Assembly (NCBI GenBank): GCA_965197905.1 | Contig: CBDAOB010000004.1 | Coordinates: 352,001-416,000, forward strand | DNA from: Candidatus Latescibacterota bacterium | GTDB lineage: Bacteria; Latescibacterota; UBA2968; UBA8231 | Length of the DNA stretch: 64,000 nt | Direction: 5' to 3' | Shown: positions 41,701-52,328 of the stretch, piece by piece | Numbering within the stretch: the first letter of the stretch is position 1 | Layout: every line of letters begins with the position of its first letter | The notes under the pieces: generated by a model | Databases searched by the model: none | Told to the model about the DNA's origin: nothing | The model's input: only the letters and a program-made list of their open reading frames with translations | Made by a program: the position numbers and the translations under genes

Positions 41701-43357
41701 AACCCAAAACGGGCAATCGATGGAAGCCCGAAAAGAGGGACTTCCGCACTTTATTTATGAACGGGCGGGAGAAGACCTGGTGGAGTACTTGCGACAGTTT
41801 CAATCGCTGACTAAGCAATCTGAAGCCTGGTTCGAAAACGCCTTATTATTGACGCCCGATCCAATGATCGGCCACCATGTTTTCTTCCTCCACGGGGTGA
41901 TCGGGTTTGTGGGCGGTGTTCGCTTCTCTGAAGCCGACCTGGCTGTGGCCAAACGGTTTACAGATGTATTCGACCTGGCCTACCGCCGCTTCCTGGAGCT
42001 TCAGGAAAAAGAAGAACGCAGCCGGGAACTGGCGGCAGCCAACCAGGCAATGTCGGAAGCCATCAACGAACTCTCCCAGGCCAACCAGGCCCTGCAGCGA
42101 GATCGTGCAGTCGAACGCATCCGCGGCCAGGTTCAGGCAATGGCGCAAGTCTCTGATTTCGAGAAGGTCCTCTCCCAACTGTCCGAGGACCTCAAGGCGG
42201 TTGGTCTATCCTTTGACACATGCGGAATCGACGTGCTGGACGAGCCAGTGGAAGAACCCACAATGGCCTATTTTGAGGACCACGGATTTCATCATACGAC
42301 CTATACAATTGATCCCGATGGCACCGTAACCCTGGAATCCAATCCCCTATCAGCCCCGTTTTCTCGTGTGATGCGGGAGACGATGGATCGTTTTATTGCA
42401 GGAGAGCCCTGGCAAGGCCGCAGTGGAGAGACAGCCATTGTAGAGGTCCCGGTTTTGGGGTATGGACGCCTCTGGATGATGGCCTCAGACCGAGAAAGGT
42501 TCTCTGGGGAGGAAGTACGTACCCTTCAGGATTTTGCAGAGGCGGTAGCGCTTGGATACGCACGGTTTCTGGACTTTCAGGAGATGTTGGAACGCGAGCG
42601 GGCAAAACAATCAGCTGAAGGGGCCAACCGTGCCAAAAGCACGTTCATGGGCCGCATGAGCCATGAACTGCGCACCCCGCTCAACGCCATTCTCGGGTTT
42701 ACCCAGATCATGACGCGCGATCAAACCGTTTCTAACAAGAATAAGGAAAGGCTGAAGACCATAAACAGCAGTAGCGAGCATCTGCTCAGGCTGATCAACG
42801 ATGTGTTGGAGATGTCCAGCATCGAAGCCGGTCGGACCGGGCTAAACCCAGTGAGCTTCGACTTGCATCACCTGATCGACGGCCTGGATGGCATGTTTCG
42901 ATTGCGAGCCGAAGAGAAGGACCTGCAACTGATTTGCCACAAGAGTCCCCGCCTGCCCCGGCAGGTGCACACGGACGAGGCCAAGTTGCTGAAGGTGCTG
43001 ATTAACCTGCTCGACAACGCCATCAAATTCACCGAAAAGGGCAGCGTGACTCTCAATGCGGCCTGTGACGGCCAGAGGCTGTCTTTCGAGGTGGAAGACA
43101 GCGGTTCGGGCATAGATCCGGCAGACATGGAGAATCTGTTCGAAGCTTTTGTGCAGCCGGATGTCGGCTTCCTTGCCCAGGAAGGACTCGGGCTGGGTTT
43201 GCCCATTTGCCAGGAGTATGTCCGTTTGATGGATGGGGAGATCACCGTCAGCAGCCAGGTAGGACAGGGTGCCACCTTTAAGTTTGATGTACAGACCGAG
43301 CAGATCGAGCACCTTAATGCGGACGCTGACGGACTTGGTCAAGAGCTTCCAGTTTGA
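38772..43357 (+). CDS. Membrane sensor histidine kinase: beta-propeller repeats with PDZ insertion, Y_Y_Y, TM, 2 GAF-like, HisKA, HATPase; frameshift at about 39216
   Basis: RBS GGAGG; Reg_prop repeats (DG.LW.GT..G..RFDG), HTFEVKARD..N.DPTPA and RMSHELRTPLN; one extra G in the G5 run at 39214-39218 fuses ORFs 38724 and 39218. Confidence 0.88.
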
Positions 43358-43439
43358 CACGATTATTGCGATGTTCACTAATGACCTGCCCCCCTGGATT
43401 GTGCCCATGATCTCCGAGGCAAGACGAATCGGCGGCGCC

Positions 43440-43612
43440 ATTCCTCGCCGCCTCAATGGGACGAAGAGGCTCGCGGCGTAACTCCATCGTGTACCGAAGT
43501 AGGGACTGCCTCTAGCGATTTGTCTTTGGACGGCAGTCCCTCAAGTTCTCTCGCCATTTCCTCCCACCGTTCGACCACGGTCACCGGCACCTTCACCACA
43601 CCCACCGTCGCG
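43440..43612. repeat. Degenerate direct repeat, copy 1 (HTH gene 3' end, hairpin, convergent ORF remnant)
   Basis: Aligns with 45041-45201; arms AGGGACTGCC (43501-43510)/GGCAGTCCCT (43532-43541). Confidence 0.8.
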
Positions 43613-43828
43613 CCTCGCCGCTGATCCGCTATCTCCTGTGCCAATGCGACTTCGTCGCCATCCCTCTTCCTCTCTCCTCATAAGCTTTGCGTCTACAGTA
43701 CGTTACAGATACAAGGGGAATTCGGATAAATTCCGAGGGAGCATTTCCCTTTTTCATTGCCATTTTAGCTTTGGTTGTCTGGAGCAGTTTGGTATCTTGG
43801 TTGTACACTACCAGTAAGGAGATCCCTC

Positions 43829-44631
43829 ATGAGGATTCTATTTTCTGTCATCGTGGCTCTAGCGCTTTTTGGATCTACATCGTATGGCAACGGAGGTGGC
43901 AAAAGACGGAATGTAAATCTCCACGTCAATGATAGATGGGATGAATGTTCGTTCGAACTTGATCCAGCGCTTACCCAAAAAGCGTGGCACCAAGCTACCA
44001 GAGAATTTGGGCTCGTCGTTTACTTTAGACCATTAAGTTCGGCAAAGCCTTTAGGACTGAAAAACCTTGAACTTTCGTTGCTGAATTGGGCCACGACGAT
44101 TGATGACACCGATGATGCTTGGAACGATACATTTGTCCATCCCGATTCCACTCATTGGCTTTTCGAGGGAAATGCTCTCCAATTTCCCGGCCTAATGTTT
44201 AGAGTCGGGGTTACAGACCAGATAGACATCGGGACTTACTTCACGCAGAATATCCCCGCCAATTACGGATTTTATGGTGGTCAGGTTCAATATAATTTTC
44301 TAAACGATACTGAAAAAATTTGGCCGCTGCCGCCAGATTCAATTTCACCGCCATGTTTGGCCCGGAGGATTTGAATCAAAGCGTGTTGGGCTTAGATGTT
44401 CTGGCAAGCAAAGATTATTCGCGATTTTCACCTTATGTTGGAGTTTCAGGTTATCTGGCTCGTGCACAAGAAACGACGACCAAGGTGGATCTTGATGACG
44501 AGAGTGTGTTTGGCCTGCAAGCTATGGTAGGCACATCGATGAATATTTCAGTGCTGAGGATCGGCGCGGAATTTAATCTCGCAGATGTAACTGGATATTC
44601 CCTCAAGATTGGGTATCCATTCGAATTGTGA
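43829..44631 (+). CDS. Exported, probable outer-membrane beta-barrel protein; frameshift at about 44315
   Basis: RBS AAGGAG, signal peptide, alternating beta-strand pattern ending YSLKIGYPFEL; one extra A in the A6 run at 44313-44318 joins the two ORFs; visibly AT-rich. Confidence 0.7.
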
Positions 44632-44666
44632 AGTCTTACCAGCACTTGTCAAAAGGGTCTAAATCA

Positions 44667-44703
44667 GCGCGGCATCGATTCGATCGGTGCCGCGTTTTTC
44701 TTT
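44667..44703 (+). terminator. Intrinsic terminator
   Basis: GCGCGGCATCGAT/ATCGGTGCCGCGT stem plus TTTTCTTT. Confidence 0.8.
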
Positions 44704-44826
44704 GCCCCAACTAGAAGTCTCAGCGAGTCCGAAGGATTTTTTGAAGATTTCTCCGTAGCCCCCGATCTAGTAGATAGCACCCCACGCAATCCCCTGCCTG
44801 CGATTTAGACATGGAGGTCTTTATTG

Positions 44827-45082
44827 ATGGCAGCAAAATCGCTCTACCTCATCAGCATTGAAGAGGCGGCGGACCTCTTTGAAAAGTCCGTTCCTCAGAT
44901 GCGCCAGTACAAGTCCAAGGGCCTACTCAAGGTCGCAGATTGCGTCGGTAACAAGGATCCTGTTTGATGCAGCGGAGGTCATTCTGCTCAAGCACCTGAT
45001 TAATGATCTGCGGGTCAACGAAGGGCTCTCGCTAGCTCAAATCTCCCGTCGGCTCAAGGCGACGAAGAGACTTGCGGCGTAG
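44827..45082 (+). CDS. Small MerR/excisionase-like HTH protein; frameshift at about 44955
   Basis: RBS GGAGGT; MAAKSLYLISIEEAADLFEKSVPQMRQYKSKGLL...GNK joined to ILFDAAEV...LRVNEGLSLAQISRRL by removing one G. Confidence 0.6.
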
Positions 45083-45201
45083 TTTCATCGACTGTTGAAG
45101 GGACTGCCTCTCGAACATTGTTTCTGGAAGGCAGTCCCTCCAGCTCCCTCGCCATTTCCTCCCACAACTCTATCACGGTAACCGGCACCTTCACCACTCC
45201 G
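45041..45201. repeat. Degenerate direct repeat, copy 2
   Basis: Aligns with 43440-43612; arms AGGGACTGCC (45099-45108)/GGCAGTCCCT (45130-45139). Confidence 0.8.
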
Positions 45202-45204
45202 GTG

Positions 45205-45477
45205 CGAAAACCTCGGTGTCGTGCGGCCGATAATGCGAGCATCGCCAGTCTCGAGGAATCGTTTTAAACCATCTTTGTGACGTTGCCGGTAGCGTTCCGG
45301 CATGATCGGTTCGGAAAGATCCCGACCGATCGCTTCTTCCCTCGTCCAGCCAAAGGTGGTTTCAGCGTGGCCGTTCCAGCCGGTTACCGTCCCATCCTCT
45401 GACATCGTAATCGCGGCGTCGATTGCCGAGTCGAGTATCCACCGGACTTGGTCGGCGAAATCATCCATAAGAGGCAT
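45205..45477 (-). pseudogene. Truncated PAS-domain protein (5' remnant)
   Basis: ILDSAIDAAITM..DG.VTGWN..AE.TFGW..EEAIG...IMPERYR..H..GL.RFL.TG; breaks off at the repeat. Confidence 0.75.
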
Positions 45478-45486
45478 GCAGCTTCG

Positions 45487-46473
45487 TTAAGTTCTGTTAT
45501 TGTGTACCACAGTTATGGCTACATTTCCCTTCTTGTGTCCTTTATCGACATACCTGTGAGCTTCGGCAATCTGTTCCAACGGATAGCGTCTATCGATGAC
45601 CGGTTTTATCCTCCCCGCCTCCATAAGCTCTTTGAGGAAGTTTAGATCTTTGGTCCTTTCGCTGGCTGGCCTCAGACCTGTGGCCGCAATCTTCGCTTTC
45701 TTGCCGCCGATCATCGAAGTCCACAACAGTTGAGGGAAATTTGCCAGCGCAAAAGCGGCTTCAAGATAGATTCCTTTCGGCTTTAGTGAACCTTTACAAC
45801 GTGAGAACGAAGTCTTGCCTACCGCGTCAAAAATAATGTCGTAGGTTACGTCGCTTTTGGTAAAGTCGTCTCTGGTGTAATCGATGACCACATCGGCCCC
45901 CAGAGATCTCACCAGTTCCATATTCGTTGTACTGCATACCCCAGTCACTTCCGCTCCAAAGTACTTGGCAAGCTGTATCCCAGCTGCACCTACGCTTCCA
46001 GAAGCGCCATTGATAAGAACCTTCTGTTCGCGCTGGATATATCCCTTATCTCTAAGAAATGGCAATGCTGTCAATACCCCATCACAGCTGGAGGCGGCCT
46101 CCTCATAGGTCATATTTGTGGGCATACTTGCTAGTACGCCGTCTTCAGGCAGACATAGGTACTCGGCGTTGGCACCAAAACTGGGACCGGCCGATCCAAA
46201 AACCTGGTCACCTTCTTTGAATAATCTTACGCCTTTGCCTGCCGCTTCAATTACACCTGCCAACTCCTCGCCGAGTGTAGTGATTTTTGGTCTTGTAAGA
46301 CCGGTGAACAATCTTGAAAAGGAATCTCCCTGTCGAAAGGTGCACTCCGTTGCCGTTACTGTTGTCGCATGTATCCTTACCAGTACTTCATTATCCTTGG
46401 GAGTAGGTTTTTCAACCTCTTTCAGTTCAAGAACATCCGGTGGTCCGTATTTCGTGTACACAATCGCTTTCAT
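45487..46473 (-). CDS. NAD(P)-dependent alcohol dehydrogenase / quinone oxidoreductase (MDR family)
   Basis: [26 protein letters not shown] and PVIDRRYPL...EAHRYV..GHKKG. Confidence 0.92.
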   Translation of the reverse strand: MKAIVYTKYGPPDVLELKEVEKPTPKDNEVLVRIHATTVTATECTFRQGDSFSRLFTGLTRPKITTLGEELAGVIEAAGKGVRLFKEGDQVFGSAGPSFGANAEYLCLPEDGVLASMPTNMTYEEAASSCDGVLTALPFLRDKGYIQREQKVLINGASGSVGAAGIQLAKYFGAEVTGVCSTTNMELVRSLGADVVIDYTRDDFTKSDVTYDIIFDAVGKTSFSRCKGSLKPKGIYLEAAFALANFPQLLWTSMIGGKKAKIAATGLRPASERTKDLNFLKELMEAGRIKPVIDRRYPLEQIAEAHRYVDKGHKKGNVAITVVHNNRT

Positions 46474-46560
46474 GAGTCTCCTTCAAGACCGCCCGGACCA
46501 TTTTTCAGGGTTGTCTACGACAACACGGAACAACGCTGAGAAACCAGAATCTGAGCGATT

Positions 46561-47256
46561 TCATTCCCGGCGGTGACCGAATAGCCACGCCACGCGTTGG
46601 TATGACACAGCGTAATGAACGAGCGTCCCGCTGACCATGCCCACAGAACCTGGCGTCCATCCACGATCATGAAAAGCCCATGCTGCGAGGCCGTGAACAG
46701 CCATCTCGTAGGCAAACCGCGACCAACCCGGAATCGCTACGCGTGGTTGGGAGGCGCCTCTGCCGCCAGGTCGCCATGGATCATGCGGCACACCGAATAT
46801 GGTCCATGTGGCGATGGTTCCCAGCGGCAATCCGACCATCAGGGCGTAGCGACTGGCACCATCCCCCTGATCCAAGCCCCAGGCGCCAAACGCACCCCAT
46901 ATTCCCAGCTCCAGGGCGAAGTGCAATACCCGATTCCGGGGATCATCTGTTAGATCGGAGAGGCGTGGAGGGGAGACCGATGCCATCTGCGTCGACGTAT
47001 TACGCCAATTCATAACCGAAGTTTCAGTTGATTGATCGATGAAAATGCCATGTCGATTAGGAAGTGGCTGCAGTCGATCGAGAATGAAGCGGTTGGAATG
47101 ACACGCGCGAGTCAGTTTCGTTTCGGAAATTAAGGTAGATGCTCTCGAGGTTGGTCCATCCTGTGCCCGCAAAGAAGACGGCTGCAATAGAAAAGCCGCA
47201 GAGACCGTGGCGGAAAGCAACAACCAGTAGGCCAACGATCTGATAAGGTCCCGCAT
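46561..47256 (-). CDS. DUF2568/YrdB family membrane protein with N-terminal extension
   Basis: N..L.F.LEL....A.G.WG and W..FGVP.DP.R...P.VAIPG..R...E; signal-like N-terminus MRDLIRSLAYWLLL. Confidence 0.65.
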   Translation of the reverse strand: MRDLIRSLAYWLLLSATVSAAFLLQPSSLRAQDGPTSRASTLISETKLTRACHSNRFILDRLQPLPNRHGIFIDQSTETSVMNWRNTSTQMASVSPPRLSDLTDDPRNRVLHFALELGIWGAFGAWGLDQGDGASRYALMVGLPLGTIATWTIFGVPHDPWRPGGRGASQPRVAIPGWSRFAYEMAVHGLAAWAFHDRGWTPGSVGMVSGTLVHYAVSYQRVAWLFGHRRE

Positions 47257-47369
47257 AGCATTACTCTCCCACTCTCTCCGCTCAAAACGTTTTTTCACAC
47301 GTGGCTTCTCACAGCTCTGGCATGGCGCGCAAACTGGAGCAGCAATTGAGAATTTGACAAAACGTTCCG

Positions 47370-47411
47370 AAGAAGGAAAGGGGATCCCGATGCTATCTTC
47401 AGGATCCCCTT
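47370..47411 (-). terminator. Probable intrinsic terminator (minus strand)
   Basis: AAGGGGATCC (47378-47387)/GGATCCCCTT (47402-47411) stem, followed on the minus strand by a T/C-rich run. Confidence 0.55.
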
Positions 47412-47462
47412 CTGTTTGGACAAGATCTTGCTCGACTACCTGGCACCGGCTCGGCGGACTTT

Positions 47463-47735
47463 TTAAGCGACTACTTGTTCCACCGGTCGGCGAGGGCTGG
47501 CTAACGCTTCCCTTTCCGGATAGCCCGCACGAAAAGCAAAAGTAGGCTTCCACATTGGATCACCGGTGAGACCCGCCAGGTCCTGCTCGGCGCGTGTCCG
47601 CTGGATCTCTGGTAGATGGGGTAGTTCCACGCTATCCGCCCACTTCTTGGGCCACTTCCACCATGCAACCTGAGCAACCGACGCTTCCAGTCCCAAAAGG
47701 ACAATCACGGCAGTCAAGAGATGTCTCTTCTTCAT
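47463..47735 (-). CDS. Hypothetical small secreted protein
   Basis: Signal peptide MKKRHLLTAVIVLLGLEASVAQ; followed by a terminator-like hairpin. Confidence 0.45.
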   Translation of the reverse strand: MKKRHLLTAVIVLLGLEASVAQVAWWKWPKKWADSVELPHLPEIQRTRAEQDLAGLTGDPMWKPTFAFRAGYPEREALASPRRPVEQVVA

Positions 47736-47802
47736 GCTACCATTAACTCGTAGAGATGTTGCCGGGTTCCGGCCCTTCGGATTGTGAAAGCGACGGTCAG
47801 AA

Positions 47803-47858
47803 CGAGCTTGCACTCAGGGATAAGATGGCGGCCCTCGGACGATTGGTCGCCGGAGTTC
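47803..47858 (+). pseudogene. Remnant of an NtrB-type histidine kinase H-box region
   Basis: Translates to ELALRDKMAALGRLVAGV, stopping just before the expected AHE. Confidence 0.5.
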
Positions 47859-48016
47859 GGGCGAGCTCCTGTGGGTCCCATATCGACCTATCGCCGCGTG
47901 TGACCGGGCCGCTTCATTTCCGAGAGCCAAAGAAGCAGATCGTTTTCTGGACTCTCCTACCTCAGCAGCATCAACTTCTGCGTCTCCACCCACCCAGTGC
48001 CGCTTTGACCAGGATT

Positions 48017-48169
48017 CTACTCTTCCCTCTTCTCAGAATCGAAGTCCTCGTCCAGTACGCCTGCCGCTTTCAGTTGTTTCTCCAGCTTTGAGATTCTTGC
48101 CTGAGCAGATAGGGCTAAAATTAAACCCATCGTGCCCAATGCCACTCCTGCAGCCCCCAAAGATTCCAT
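48017..48169 (-). CDS. Small single-TM protein (50 aa) with short coiled coil
   Basis: RBS AAGGAGA; MESLGAAGVALGTMGLILALSAQARISKLEKQLKAAGVL. Confidence 0.55.
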   Translation of the reverse strand: MESLGAAGVALGTMGLILALSAQARISKLEKQLKAAGVLDEDFDSEKREE

Positions 48170-48325
48170 CCCATCTCTCCTTCTCAGTTGATCTACCGCA
48201 GCGAGGCACACGCGGCGCGGTAAAGGCATCGGTGAGCATCTCACACGACCTCTTGCACACTGTTGTTTTAGGAGTGTGTACTTGGGGAGCGAGTGGCCTG
48301 GTTCATCATCTTTCGCAATAATGCT

Positions 48326-49819
48326 TCACTCCGAAGCATCCCTTCGCTTCATCACCAACGTGAGAGCTTCATTTAAGGCTCTAATAGTGACAGGCTTCTC
48401 AAGGATTCCGTCCGGCTTGGGCCGGCCCCGACCAATACGATTCTCCACGTCCGCCTTCGACCATCCCGTTATGAAAAGAATTGGCAGTGTTGGATCCAAC
48501 TCACGGACCTTTTCGACCACATTGTAGCCGTACATGCCTGCCATGCCTACGTCTGTGAGAACGACATCAAATTTGCCCGGATCGAACTTGGACAGTCCTT
48601 CAGCAACACTGTCAGCCTCCAAGACTGATCTTCCAGAGGCCCTGAGCATGGACCCCACGGCATTGCGGGTATTAGTATCATCGTCGATATACAATACTCG
48701 TAATGAATTCTCCTCCGGATTCTGACCCTTCTCATCGGTAACGATTTCGCCTGTCGACTCTGGAGACGCTTTCGGAAAACAGATTTCGAACCTCGACCCT
48801 TTACCGAGCTCGGACGACGCAGTAAGAGATCCATCGTGGCGTTTGGCTAGTCCGTAGCAAATGCTGAGACCGAGTCCATTGCCGTTGTCTTTTGTCGTGT
48901 AAAACGGTTCTGCGCAGCGAGCCAACTGCTCCTCTGTCATTCCCAGGCCAGTATCCGAGACTTCCACGAAACTAAAGTGTCTCTTGTGTCCAGTGCGAAT
49001 TGTGAGTAACCCTCCTTCGGGCATTGCTTCGCTTGCGTTGTGGATCAAATTGATCAAGGCCTGCCGCAGTTCCGCTGGATTAATCATCACGTACACACCT
49101 TCGTTCAATTCCGTCTCTACGTGGCAGCTGCCCTCCGACCAGATCGGACGGGTGCTCTCGACGACCTGAGGCACCAAATCGTTGATATCGACTAACTCGG
49201 GCGGATCATCGTCAGATTTCAAGGACGTAAATCGCTGGAGGCGCCGTACGGTATCGGTTGCATCGGATGCCCCATCCAAGATCGCACTCACGGCCTTTCG
49301 AATTTCATTAGAAAGTTGATGTTGTGTAAGCAACATGTCCGCCATTCCGACGACTGGCGAAAGAGCGTTGTTGAGACTATGAGCGATGCCAGCCGTGAGG
49401 GTGCCGATGGACACCAGGCGTTCGTTTCGACGAACCAGTTCCTCTGCTAGTTTAACCTCGGTAATGTCGCGGCAGACGCCGATGACGCCTACGCAAGTGC
49501 CAGATTCGTTTCTGAAGGGACTTTTGTTTGTCTGAAAAGTGTGGTCGCGCCCACCCAAATGGACCGTGATCTCCTGCATCAGTGTTTCGCTGGTTTCAAC
49601 AACAGTGGCATTCTCGTCAGCCATAATCTTGGCTTCGTGCGGGGCAAAGAGGTCTACATCCCGTTTTCCGACAACCTCGTCTACGGTCTTGCCCAGCATT
49701 TTCGCACCGACTGGGTTTATGACTAGGTACCGATTTTCAAGATCCTGCACATACACCACGTCACTCGTTCCTTCAATGATTGCATGAAGCAGGGACTGTG
49801 TCTCGCTATTGTCGGTCAT
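48326..49819 (-). CDS. Hybrid sensor histidine kinase (PAS-HisKA-HATPase-REC), NtrB/CckA type
   Basis: PAS/PAC, GTLTAGIAHSLNN, NLIHNASEAM, EPFYTTK..GNGLGL and REC (YIDDD, LTDVGM, EKP). Confidence 0.92.
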   Translation of the reverse strand: MTDNSETQSLLHAIIEGTSDVVYVQDLENRYLVINPVGAKMLGKTVDEVVGKRDVDLFAPHEAKIMADENATVVETSETLMQEITVHLGGRDHTFQTNKSPFRNESGTCVGVIGVCRDITEVKLAEELVRRNERLVSIGTLTAGIAHSLNNALSPVVGMADMLLTQHQLSNEIRKAVSAILDGASDATDTVRRLQRFTSLKSDDDPPELVDINDLVPQVVESTRPIWSEGSCHVETELNEGVYVMINPAELRQALINLIHNASEAMPEGGLLTIRTGHKRHFSFVEVSDTGLGMTEEQLARCAEPFYTTKDNGNGLGLSICYGLAKRHDGSLTASSELGKGSRFEICFPKASPESTGEIVTDEKGQNPEENSLRVLYIDDDTNTRNAVGSMLRASGRSVLEADSVAEGLSKFDPGKFDVVLTDVGMAGMYGYNVVEKVRELDPTLPILFITGWSKADVENRIGRGRPKPDGILEKPVTIRALNEALTLVMKRRDASE

Positions 49820-50128
49820 AAGGTTCTCTCTTTGTTGCCTCGGGCCGATCGCCTGCGCCAGGCAGTTCCGCCCAATTGACGCGCGAATCGAACTTCGCAG
49901 GGTCGGCTGTATCCGTCATTAGTTTACTAAGAGGAAAAAATTGTCGGGACTGTAGTTCAGATTCGTTAGAAGGTAGATCTTCTGCGCCGAAAATCCACAG
50001 GAGATGAGCCGTTGCCTTTTTTGTCTCTTTTATGTCTTTTATCGCAGATGAAGCGTACTAGCAGCTACTATTGACGGAATGACGAGCTACAAAAACTCAT
50101 AGATTCGCCCGGGGAAACAAGGATTACC

Positions 50129-52282
50129 GTGAAGAGAGTATACCTGGGGTGTCTTACCTGTCCATTCATCCTACCCTTCCTGATCGCCGGCGGTGCGGCC
50201 CAAATCGGTGGGGACTTCTACGAGCTCGACCTGAGGGAACTCAGCCAGCTTCGCATGTCGTCTGGCGCGACGCTTACCAAGACCGAAGCTGGCAAAATTC
50301 CTGCGGCGGTGACCACGATCACGCGCCGGATGATCATCGAGTCAGGCGCCCGCAGCCTCGACGAACTGCTGGAGATGTACGTGCCCAATCTCATGCGCCT
50401 TTGGGTGGCCGGTGGAGCGGGCCCTAAGGTTGGCGTACGTGGTATTATGGGCGGCCGTAACCACAAGACGCTCGTTCTGGTGAACGGCCGGATTACAAAT
50501 CAGAGGACCATTTACGGCGCAATCTCGGAACGCTTCGTGCCGCTGCTCGGAGACATCGAGTCGATCGAAGTGGTCCGCGGTCCCGGATCGTCGGTTTACG
50601 GTCCAGGTGCAATCAATGGTGTAATCAGCATCCGCACGCTCACACGGAGATCATCCGACGGCGTGACCGCCACTTTCAGGCAGGGACTCGTCGAAGGGTA
50701 CACACTCGGTGAGGTCAGATTCGCACGCACCCTCGGCTCTCGATCCAGCTTCTTCGGGTACTACGGAATCGCCGACTATCGGGGAGCGGACGCGACCGAT
50801 GCGCCACTGGTCTTCAGCAAGACCAAGAGCCTCGACTCCGGGACCGCTCTTTTCACTGCCGGCGTGCCGATCGCTTCCGGCATTGGGCGTGACAATAAGG
50901 CATTAGAAGGGAAACCCCTTCACAAGGCTCATCTAGAATACCGCTACGGGAATTCTCTTCTCTGGGCCCGGTTCGTCCGCGGCGGCATCCTTCAACTGCC
51001 CGCCCGTAGCTTCATCGAGAGCCAAGAGACTTTCGAAAGCAGTCAGGGGCTGCGTTATCAACAACTCACGATGCAGGCAGAGCAGGCTCTGGAGCTCAGC
51101 CGAAGATCGCGGCTGCAACTAAGAGCAAGCTACGACATCCACGACGTTGTCAAGGATCCCGGGCTGCTAGCAGACCGGGAGTATACGGCGGCCTTTCGGG
51201 AGGATGAACTCAACTTGAGATCGCTGCTCTCCTGGACGCCACGCGTCAACCAATCGGTGGCCGTTGGCCTGGAGTTTTCTCGCGAATGGTTCGGCAAGAA
51301 ACCTTTCAGCCTTACCGACGACCCGGCCCACAATGTCAGGACCGACCTCCAGCCGTGGACAACGAACACGATCGGCTTTCTGGGCGAGTATCAATGGAAG
51401 GCCAGTCCCCGGTGGACCGCCTTCTTCGGTGGGAGAATGGACAGGCACACCTTCACTCGCTGGATGTCCTCTCCGAAGGCAGCCCTGGTTTTTTCGGCAA
51501 ACCAGTCAAACACCGCCAAACTGTTATACAACCACTCAGTGAGAAAAAGCGATGATATCGAGCTGAAGCAGCAGCACGATGCCGACCCCGACTTCAAGGG
51601 AGAGATCGAGAAAATCGACGCGCTGGAGCTTCGACACGATTACCAAGCGAATGACGACCTTGTCGTGTCGGCCGCAGCGTTCTGGCAGAGCGTCGATATC
51701 ATCGGCTGGACGGCATCGGCGAGCCGGTCGTCGCCCGTAGGAAATGAAGAGATTTACGGGCTGGAGGCAGAGGTCGGTTACCGCGCCAGCCGTCACGATG
51801 TGACGCTCTCGTATGCGTTTACCAAGTTACGTGAGTTCACACTCGCGGATGAAACGATTCTGACCCAGACGGAAACCAGCGCGCCCTACGGATTCGGCAA
51901 CGACCTGCACCATTGGCCGTGGCACGTGAGTAAATTGACCTGGAACATGCAGCTTTCCAGAAACCTAAAAGCGCTGAGCTCTCTTCGTCTTTTCTGGGGA
52001 TTCAAGGGTGCCGAGGAATACGCGAAGTACAACAACGAAGTCCTCCAGCGGAATTCGCTCACCCGGACCGACGACGAACGCACCGATGCCTTCCAGGGCA
52101 ACGCCTTCCTGAATGTCGGCGCAGTGTACGACATGGATCGGCGACTCCAGCTGAGCCTACATGCGCACAATATCCTCGGCTGGTTGCAGCACGATCTGAA
52201 CAAACGCAATTTCTTCGGTCGGATGGGTGGCTATCGGAGTGAGGCGCCCGCAATATCCATCCGACTGGGATCGAGTCTGTAG
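50129..52282 (+). CDS. TonB-dependent receptor (plug plus barrel)
   Basis: PAAVTTIT...I..SGARSL.ELL and [27 protein letters not shown] plug motif; beta-barrel C-terminal part. Confidence 0.9.
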   Translation: MKRVYLGCLTCPFILPFLIAGGAAQIGGDFYELDLRELSQLRMSSGATLTKTEAGKIPAAVTTITRRMIIESGARSLDELLEMYVPNLMRLWVAGGAGPKVGVRGIMGGRNHKTLVLVNGRITNQRTIYGAISERFVPLLGDIESIEVVRGPGSSVYGPGAINGVISIRTLTRRSSDGVTATFRQGLVEGYTLGEVRFARTLGSRSSFFGYYGIADYRGADATDAPLVFSKTKSLDSGTALFTAGVPIASGIGRDNKALEGKPLHKAHLEYRYGNSLLWARFVRGGILQLPARSFIESQETFESSQGLRYQQLTMQAEQALELSRRSRLQLRASYDIHDVVKDPGLLADREYTAAFREDELNLRSLLSWTPRVNQSVAVGLEFSREWFGKKPFSLTDDPAHNVRTDLQPWTTNTIGFLGEYQWKASPRWTAFFGGRMDRHTFTRWMSSPKAALVFSANQSNTAKLLYNHSVRKSDDIELKQQHDADPDFKGEIEKIDALELRHDYQANDDLVVSAAAFWQSVDIIGWTASASRSSPVGNEEIYGLEAEVGYRASRHDVTLSYAFTKLREFTLADETILTQTETSAPYGFGNDLHHWPWHVSKLTWNMQLSRNLKALSSLRLFWGFKGAEEYAKYNNEVLQRNSLTRTDDERTDAFQGNAFLNVGAVYDMDRRLQLSLHAHNILGWLQHDLNKRNFFGRMGGYRSEAPAISIRLGSSL

Positions 52283-52328
52283 TCGCGCAATGCGCAACGG
52301 GGAAGAAGTGTCCTGCATTCGCAATACG

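Noticed and set aside
47257..47553. N-terminal 99 aa of the 330-aa minus-strand ORF
   Set aside because: Runs through a terminator-like hairpin; a signal-like start at 47256 is more plausible
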